Source of the DNA: an uncultured delta proteobacterium | GTDB taxonomy: Bacteria; Myxococcota; Myxococcia; Myxococcales; Anaeromyxobacteraceae | Assembly (NCBI GenBank): GCA_963828255.1 | Contig: CAWHDZ010000015.1 | Coordinates: forward strand, 32,001-96,000 | Direction of reading: 5' to 3' | DNA length: 64,000 bases | Shown: positions 58,901-64,000 of the stretch, one piece after another | How positions within the stretch are numbered: the stretch's first letter is position 1 | Layout of the letters: the number at the start of each line of letters is the position of its first letter | Notes under the pieces: generated by a model | Databases searched by the model: none | What the model was told of the DNA's origin: nothing | What the model saw: only the letters and a program-made list of their open reading frames with translations | Program-made: the position numbers and the translations under genes

Positions 58901-59600
58901 CGATGAACTTGGAGTGATACCAGTCGGCGCTCTCGGCCACGTCGGTCTGCTCTCCCCAGACCTCGGGCGAGGCATTGGGCAGGTCGCAGTACCAGTCGTA
59001 GAAGGAGAGATTGACGCCCCCGAGGAGCTGGAGGAAGCGGGAGCCGGCGGCGAAGCTCAGCATCGACATGGCCGGGATGGGGCTGAAGCCGATGATCCGG
59101 TCGGAGCCGTGCTGCTTCACGGTGTGGATGGTGGAGGCAGCGGTGAGCTCCAGGACCTCCTCCCAGGAACTGCGCCGCAGCCCGCCCTTGCCTCGGGCCT
59201 CCTGGTAGCTCTGGCGCTTCACCGGGTCGTTCACGATGGAAGCCCAGGCGGCCACCGGATTGGCGTGGACCTTGCGGGCCTCCCGCCAGAGGTCCATGAG
59301 CACGCCGCGCAGGTAGGGGTACTTCACCCGCAGCGGGCTGTAGAGGTACCAGGAGGCGGAGATGCCCCGCTGGCATCCGCGCGGCTCGTAGGCGGGCACG
59401 TCGGCCGAGATGCGGGGGTAGTCGGTGGCCTGGGTCTCGAGCGCGACCACGCCGTTCTTCACGTGGATGTTCCAGGAGCAGCCGCCTGTGCAGTTCACGC
59501 CGTGCGTGCTCCGCACCACCTTGTCGTGCTGGAAGCGGTTTCGGTAGATCTCCTCCCAGCGCCGCTCGTCGGGGTCGAAGATGTCCTTCACCCAACTCAT
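55977..59600 (-). CDS. narG: respiratory nitrate reductase alpha subunit
   Basis: [56 protein letters not shown]; no Tat signal. Confidence 0.96.
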   Translation of the reverse strand: MSWVKDIFDPDERRWEEIYRNRFQHDKVVRSTHGVNCTGGCSWNIHVKNGVVALETQATDYPRISADVPAYEPRGCQRGISASWYLYSPLRVKYPYLRGVLMDLWREARKVHANPVAAWASIVNDPVKRQSYQEARGKGGLRRSSWEEVLELTAASTIHTVKQHGSDRIIGFSPIPAMSMLSFAAGSRFLQLLGGVNLSFYDWYCDLPNASPEVWGEQTDVAESADWYHSKFIVSMGANLGMTRTPDVHFAAEARHDGAKLVVLSPDFSMTSKYADQWIPIHAGQDAAFWLAVDHVILKEFHHEKQTPYFLDYVRRYSDAPFLVELEEHAGALRPGRMLRASQLARTKDAENGDFKFLVWDGTARAPRMPRGTLGFRWQHEKGQWNLEMKDGVDGLEIDAQTSFLGSTDAVAQVSFDEYASGKVALRGVPVRTVETLGGPVQVATVYDLLFAQYGVSRGLAGDYPSAYDDADAAYTPAWQERFTGVSAAEVIRFAREWATTADKTGGKCSVIIGAGVNQWYHGDHAYRAAIAGLVLCGCIGKNGGGLNHYVGQEKLAPVAPWSALAFALDWAGPPRLQNAPSFHYVHSDQWRYERASEDEKLNPLPIPSAFATRHTMDHQARAVRLGWLPFFPQFDRTPVAVVKEAKAAGAKSDAEVSAWVVDQLKARKLKFSVEDPDAPENWPRLWFIWRGNALMSSAKGHEYFLRHYLGTHSNAVAPETAKGEVEDVAWRDPAPKGKLDLVVDLNFRMDTTALYSDVILPAATWYEKDDLNSTDMHSFIHPLQAAVPPCWESRSDWDIFKAIAEKVSELARTHLPEPVREIVTRPLQHDTPAEMAQRELLDWADGECEPVPGKTMPGLSYVDRDYVNLHRKFISFGPVVRTQGIGAHGITWPVDDLYDELVRDRPREEWGGVRYPSIANAKDAANVILHLAPETNGESAFRAFAAEEKKVGMPLTDLVAGSRNVRTTFQDLARQPRRLLDSPCWTGITGNGRTYSAYCLNVERLVPWRTLTGRQHFYLDHPGFIAFGEALPTYKPKPGADIVRDLEASGDGRQSLQLNYLTPHGKWGIHSTFGDNLRMLSLSRGTHPLWMNDKDAASIGLQDNDWVEAFNDHGVVVVRCVVSARIPTGLCLLYHAPERTIGVPKSPERGGKRAGGHNSLTRVRLKPTLMLGGYGQFTFALNYWGPTGNNRDTFIRVRKLDGSPQY

Positions 59601-60103
59601 CGTGAGCCTCCAGCGTGCGAGGGGTAGGCGCGGTCGATCAGGCGGGCCCTTGAGCGGGCCTTGCGGCGGCGACCGTTCAGGGCGAGGCCAATGAAGAGCA
59701 GGAGTGCGATGAAGGTTCCCCAGGCCTCGAAGTGCCACGCGTCGCGGGGCGGTCCCTGCTTCGCCGCCGGGATGAGGTACGCGACCAGGTCGGCCCGCTC
59801 GGCCGGGGTGAGGGGGCGTCCGTCGTAGACGGGCGTCATGGACGGGAAGGGGAGGGCCTCCAGCAGGCCGTCGAGCGCCACCGGGTCCATGGTGGCGAGG
59901 CCGGTCGAGAGCTCGGGGCCGAGCGAGGCGGTGAAGGCCATCCCCTCGCCCCCCAGGGCGTGGCAGGCGCCGCAGGGGGCGCCGCCCCCCTGGAACGCGC
60001 GGGAGCCGGTGAAGAGGGCTCGGCCCGCGTCGGCGGATGGTTCGGCGGCGCCGGCGGTGCCGGCCACGAGGAGCGACAACAGGGAAACCCGGACTGCACG
60101 CAT
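59597..60103 (-). CDS. membrane-anchored monoheme cytochrome c (NarC-like position)
   Basis: Signal peptide, CGACH, FPSM, C-terminal TM helix; overlaps the narG start. Confidence 0.85.
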   Translation of the reverse strand: MRAVRVSLLSLLVAGTAGAAEPSADAGRALFTGSRAFQGGGAPCGACHALGGEGMAFTASLGPELSTGLATMDPVALDGLLEALPFPSMTPVYDGRPLTPAERADLVAYLIPAAKQGPPRDAWHFEAWGTFIALLLFIGLALNGRRRKARSRARLIDRAYPSHAGGSR

Positions 60104-60122
60104 GGTGACCTCCTCGCCTGGG

Positions 60123-60695
60123 CTAGGACGGCGCGTGGCGCGCCACGAGCTCCCGGCCGAGGTCCTTCAGGGAGTCGTGTCCCGCGGCGACCTGCTTCGC
60201 CTCGAAAGCGGCGCAATCCCGATCGACCCCGGCGAGCGCCTCCTCGTGGAGGCGCTGGCGGGCCATGGGATAGAGGATCTGGTCCTCCTTGCGGATGTGG
60301 CCGCGAAGGAGGTCGGCGTAACCGCGCGCGCCGGCGATGGCGGCGGCCCGGTCCTGGTCGGTCCAGGGGGTCGCCTGCTCGGCGTGCTGGGCCATGACGG
60401 CGACGAAGGCCCGGCCGGCCTCGTGGTCCATGAGCATCACCGCGATGGGGCCGCCGTCGCTGGGGAAGCCGGCCGCCACCATGGCCTTGAAGAGGATGTC
60501 CTCCTCCTTGCCGTGGTGGCGGGCGTCGGCGAACTCCCGGATGAAGCGCACGAAGCGGGAGAGCTCTGCCCTCTCGTCCCCGCCCCGGGAGGCTCCCCCG
60601 GTGAAGGCGTCGAGCGCGTCGAGGGCGCGGAGGATGAGCTGGTGCTCCTGCATGAGCAGCTCGATGGCGTCCATGGCGGGGGCCTCGAGGGTCAC
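60123..60695 (-). CDS. hemerythrin-domain protein
   Basis: LMQEHQLI, HHGKEEDILF, MDHEAGR, HIRKEDQILYP. Confidence 0.9.
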   Translation of the reverse strand: MTLEAPAMDAIELLMQEHQLILRALDALDAFTGGASRGGDERAELSRFVRFIREFADARHHGKEEDILFKAMVAAGFPSDGGPIAVMLMDHEAGRAFVAVMAQHAEQATPWTDQDRAAAIAGARGYADLLRGHIRKEDQILYPMARQRLHEEALAGVDRDCAAFEAKQVAAGHDSLKDLGRELVARHAPS

Positions 60696-61969
60696 GACTT
60701 CTTCCCCTTGGGCGCCGCCTTCTTCTCGGCGTGGGCGGCGGCGCGCATCTCCTTGTCGAGCGCGCGGATCTCGGAGAGGTCGCGCTTCATCTCGCTCCAG
60801 CCGTACCAGAGGGAGTAGTCCGGGTTGTTGTGGAAGGCGCCCTGGAAGGTGCGCATCCGGTGCTCGAGGAACATGACGAAGAGCTTCTGCTCGACCACCG
60901 TGCCGGCGTCGTGGAAGGTGAGGAGGTCGGGGAAGGCGTAGGCCGCGTCCTTGGGCTTGGGCACGATGCCGTCCTGGTAGAGCCCGGCCACGATGCGGAT
61001 GGCCTGGGCCATGAGGTGATCGGCCTCGCGCACCATGTCGTCGCTGCGGGCCATCTCGCTCTTCGCGAAGGCGGGGGAGTGGCACTGCGTGCAGGTCGCG
61101 ATCATCTTCTCGCGCTCCTTGTCGAAGGCCTCCTTGGTCAGGCGCGCCACGTCGGCCGCCTTCACCACGTCGAGGCGTCCGGTGGGCTGCCCCTTGGGGT
61201 CGAGCACCTGGAGCCCCTGGAGGATGGTGACCTGGTCGGCCTTCCACGTCGGGTCCTCGGAGAGGGGGAGGCGGACGGCGAGGAAGCCCCAGGCGGTGCG
61301 GACCTCGTGGTTTCCGCCCTGCATGTGGCAGTCCTGGCAGGTCGGGGCGGCGGCGGAGGGAGGCAGGATGCCGAGCTGCTTCAGGCCGTGGCGGACGCCG
61401 TGCTTCGAGCCCGAGTACATCTCCCACTGCGGGTGGTCGAAGCCCATGTGGCAGGTCTGGCAGGCCTGCGGCTGCTGGGCCTCCTTCTTCGAGAAGGTGT
61501 GGCGGGTGTGGCAGGCGTCGCAGGAGGCGTTGCCGTGGCCGCCGGTGGCCTTCACCAGGTCACGGGTCTCGGCCTCGGTCTTGAGGCCCAGCTTGTGGCA
61601 GCCGCCGCAGCCCTTCAACCCTTCCATGGCCGCCATGGGCTGCTGGTGGAAGGTGGGCATGGCCTTCACGGCGGCCCAGGCGGCGGCGTGCTTGCCCTTC
61701 TTGAACTGGTCGACCTGGGTGGAGTGGCACTGGTTGCAGGTGTCGGGGGTGGGAAGCTTCGCCAGGCTGGCGTCGGTGTCGGTGCTGTGGGCGCTGCCGT
61801 GGCAGGTGGCGCAGCCGACCTCGACCTGCGAATGGCGGGAGAGCTTCCAGTCGGCGACGACGCCGGGGGAGCGCTTCTCGTGGCAGGCCACGCATGCGTC
61901 GGAGGGCGCCGGGGCCGGCTGGGCCGGGGGTGCCGCGAGGAGGAGAGCCGCCATCAGGGATGCGATCAT
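60692..61969 (-). CDS. octaheme hydroxylamine-oxidoreductase-family cytochrome c
   Basis: Signal peptide; eight CxxCH motifs; CHTRHTFS, CHMGFDHPQWEM, AFHNNPDY. Confidence 0.88.
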   Translation of the reverse strand: MIASLMAALLLAAPPAQPAPAPSDACVACHEKRSPGVVADWKLSRHSQVEVGCATCHGSAHSTDTDASLAKLPTPDTCNQCHSTQVDQFKKGKHAAAWAAVKAMPTFHQQPMAAMEGLKGCGGCHKLGLKTEAETRDLVKATGGHGNASCDACHTRHTFSKKEAQQPQACQTCHMGFDHPQWEMYSGSKHGVRHGLKQLGILPPSAAAPTCQDCHMQGGNHEVRTAWGFLAVRLPLSEDPTWKADQVTILQGLQVLDPKGQPTGRLDVVKAADVARLTKEAFDKEREKMIATCTQCHSPAFAKSEMARSDDMVREADHLMAQAIRIVAGLYQDGIVPKPKDAAYAFPDLLTFHDAGTVVEQKLFVMFLEHRMRTFQGAFHNNPDYSLWYGWSEMKRDLSEIRALDKEMRAAAHAEKKAAPKGKKS

Positions 61970-61999
61970 CTCGAGAGGATCCTTGGGTTGGAGTGATAG

Positions 62000-62033
62000 T
62001 GGACATCTATATCCATAATGGCGTTTGTGTCCA
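62000..62033. promoter_or_regulatory. candidate Rrf2 operator
   Basis: Near-palindrome TGGACAT-CT-ATATCCA plus a related site ATGGCGT-TT-GTGTCCA in the AT-rich divergent intergenic region. Confidence 0.55.
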
Positions 62034-62062
62034 GCGTGATCTTCCGGACGTGATGGGCTAGG

Positions 62063-62479
62063 ATGGGGGCCGTGAACTTCTCCGCCTCCACCACCCACGC
62101 CCTCCGCGCCATGGCCTGGCTGGCCGCCCACGCCGAGAAGGAAGCCGTCCTGGGGCGCGACATGGCACGGAAGCTCAAGATCCCGCCCGATTACCTCTCC
62201 AAGGTGCTCGCCACGCTGGCGCGCAGCGGGGTCCTCACCGCCGCACGCGGCGCCAAGGGCGGCTACCGGCTGGCCCGGGCCGCGGAGCGCATCAAGCTGG
62301 TCGAGGTGGTCACACCCTTCGAGGGGAAGCGGGCCCGGTCGGGCTGCCTGCTCCGCCCCGACAGGCCCTGCCGCGACTCCGGCGCCTGCTCGGCCCATAC
62401 CTCCTGGGGCGGCGTGAACGAGGCGTACCGGGATTTCCTCGAGAAGACCACCGTCGCCGACATCCGCGACGCATCGTAG
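62063..62479 (+). CDS. Rrf2-family Fe-S transcriptional regulator
   Basis: HALRAM, YLSKVL, RGAKGGYRL, C-x7-C-x5-C-xx-H; GTG at 62072 is an alternative start. Confidence 0.9.
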   Translation: MGAVNFSASTTHALRAMAWLAAHAEKEAVLGRDMARKLKIPPDYLSKVLATLARSGVLTAARGAKGGYRLARAAERIKLVEVVTPFEGKRARSGCLLRPDRPCRDSGACSAHTSWGGVNEAYRDFLEKTTVADIRDAS

Positions 62480-62493
62480 AGGGGGATGGACGA

Positions 62494-62856
62494 ATGGGAC
62501 TTCCGATCGCCAGCGCCGAGACCAATCTTCCCGCCTCGCAGGCCCTGCGTTTCGAGGACTTGATCGCCTACGCGCAGCACGGGATCGCCAGCCGGGTCCT
62601 CGCCAAGACTGGCGGTGGCAACGTGACCATCTTCGCCTTCGAGAAGGGGCAGGGACTCACCGAGCACACCTCGCCCTTCGACGCACTGGTCTTCATCCTC
62701 GAAGGCTCGATGACGCTCACCATCGGCGGCGAGCCGGTGAAGGCGCCGGCGGGCGGGGTGACCCGCATGCCCGCGGGGGTGCCGCACGCGCTCGAGGCCG
62801 ACGAGCGCACCCGGATGCTGCTCGTCATGCTGCGAGAGCCGAAGGCGCCGGCCTAG
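62494..62856 (+). CDS. cupin domain protein
   Basis: TIFAFEKGQGLTEHTSPFDA, MPAGVPHAL. Confidence 0.88.
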   Translation: MGLPIASAETNLPASQALRFEDLIAYAQHGIASRVLAKTGGGNVTIFAFEKGQGLTEHTSPFDALVFILEGSMTLTIGGEPVKAPAGGVTRMPAGVPHALEADERTRMLLVMLREPKAPA

Positions 62857-62882
62857 GTATCCCGGTGTGCGTGGCCCTCGCC

Positions 62883-62914
62883 GGCCCAAACGGGGTGGCC
62901 CAAACGGGGTGGCC
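62883..62914. repeat. 14-bp perfect tandem repeat
   Basis: GGCCCAAACGGGGT twice, then GGCC. Confidence 0.8.
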
Positions 62915-62976
62915 GCACTTGACGGGTACCGGGAAGTTCGTGGAGGCGGGTACCCTCGGACGACGGGGGTGAACCG

Positions 62977-64000
62977 TTGACCAAGATCTCCAGCGAGGGC
63001 CATGTCCTGGCGCGCAAGCACCGCGTCGACCAGGCTCGCCTGCACCTCCTCGAGCGCGCGGTCACGGCCACCTTGAAGGAGCTCCTGACCGCCACCCTCG
63101 ACCTGGCCGAGGATCTCACGGGAAGCCGGATCGGATTTTTTCACTTCGTCGAGGAGGACCAGAACGCGCTCTGGCTCCAGGCCTGGTCCACCAACACCGT
63201 GGCCAGGATGTGCACCGCGGAGGGGGCAGGGTCCCACTATCCGCTCGACCAGGCCGGGGTGTGGGCCGACTGCGTCCGGACGGGCGCGCCGGTCGTCCAC
63301 AACGACTATCCTTCCGCCCCGGGGAAGAAGGGGCTGCCGTCCGGGCACGCGCAGGTCCTCCGCGAGCTCACCGTGCCGGTGGTGCGGGCCGGCCGGATCT
63401 GCGCCGTTCTCGGCGTGGGGAACAAGCCCTCCGACTACGACGAGGCCGACGTCGCCGACGTCTCCGCCCTCGCAGACCTGGCCTGGGACATCGCCGCGCG
63501 CGTCCGGGCCGAGGAGGCGCTGCGCATCCAGGAGAAGCGGCTCGACCTGGCCGCCAGCTCGGGGAAGCTGGGGCTCTGGGACCTGGACCTGACGACCCAG
63601 GTGGCCTGGCGCACGCTCCAGCACGACCGGCTCTTCGGCTACGACGAGTTGCGGCCGTCGTGGGGGCCGGAGGATGCCCTCCGGCACATCGTCCCGGAGG
63701 ATCGGCCCGTCTTCGAGAAGGCGTTCGAGGAGGCGCTGGCCACCGGGACCTTCCACTACGAGCTCCGGATCGACCCGGCGACGGGCCCCCGGCGCTGGAT
63801 CGAGGCCAACGGGGAGGTCTTCAGGGACGAGTCCGGGGTGCCGGTCCGGATGGCGGGCACGGTGGCCGACGTCACCGCGCGACGGCGGGCCGAGGAGGAG
63901 GTGCGCACCCTGCAACGCGAGCTGGCCGTCGCCTCGCGGATCGTGGCGATGGGAACCCTGGCCGCCGGGGTGGCGCACGAGATCAACAATCCACTCTCGG
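62977..64000 (+). CDS. GAF-PAS sensor histidine kinase (partial; runs off the window, not in the ORF track)
   Basis: Open frame from TTG: GAF (IGFFHFVEED..WADCVR..VHNDY..GVGNKPSDY), PAS (GLWDLDL..DVTARR), H-box AAGVAHEINNPL. Confidence 0.88.
   Translation, partial: MTKISSEGHVLARKHRVDQARLHLLERAVTATLKELLTATLDLAEDLTGSRIGFFHFVEEDQNALWLQAWSTNTVARMCTAEGAGSHYPLDQAGVWADCVRTGAPVVHNDYPSAPGKKGLPSGHAQVLRELTVPVVRAGRICAVLGVGNKPSDYDEADVADVSALADLAWDIAARVRAEEALRIQEKRLDLAASSGKLGLWDLDLTTQVAWRTLQHDRLFGYDELRPSWGPEDALRHIVPEDRPVFEKAFEEALATGTFHYELRIDPATGPRRWIEANGEVFRDESGVPVRMAGTVADVTARRRAEEEVRTLQRELAVASRIVAMGTLAAGVAHEINNPLS

Noticed and set aside
55977..59600. NarG as nitrite oxidoreductase or periplasmic/perchlorate reductase
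   Set aside because: No Tat signal, and the narJI-narK-nrfHA context fits cytoplasm-facing respiratory nitrate reductase; a phylogeny would be needed to exclude it fully
55815..59627. Long antisense ORFs (1270 aa here; also 1338-4280, 14995-17145, 30365-32671)
   Set aside because: Shadow frames of real genes, expected at this GC content; no protein motifs

Overview
High-GC window from an Anaeromyxobacter-like myxobacterium (taxonomy inferred from gene content). 1-22.9 kb is mostly core genes: cutA, an HD-GYP regulator, rho, thyX, a peroxiredoxin, a GT39 glycosyltransferase, an ECF sigma/anti-sigma pair, a molybdopterin oxidoreductase, acnB, trxC, a fumarase/aspartase, and tRNA-Cys, -Gln and -Glu. 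A degenerate ~57-bp direct repeat of the tRNA-Glu 3' end plus its terminator recurs at 47579-47633. It delimits a ~24.7-kb decayed genomic island carrying outer-membrane/secreted genes, mobile-element and toxin-antitoxin debris, and an arsenic-resistance cluster. The best candidate for an undescribed system lies in this island: a co-oriented cluster sbnA-sbnB-PPTase-amidinotransferase-Pls/PosA-type membrane NRPS-TraX-like gene-M13 peptidase. I infer it makes a guanidinylated 2,3-diaminopropionate-based poly(amino acid) or related product. 47.6-62 kb is a co-oriented nitrate-to-ammonium cluster (octaheme HAO-like cytochrome, hemerythrin, cytochrome c, narGHJI, two narK, a PAS protein, nrfHA with a CxxCH-type NrfA) opposite an Rrf2 regulator. 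Five genes have single-base frameshifts in G/C runs that look like assembly errors. All calls come from reading motifs by eye; no searches were run.
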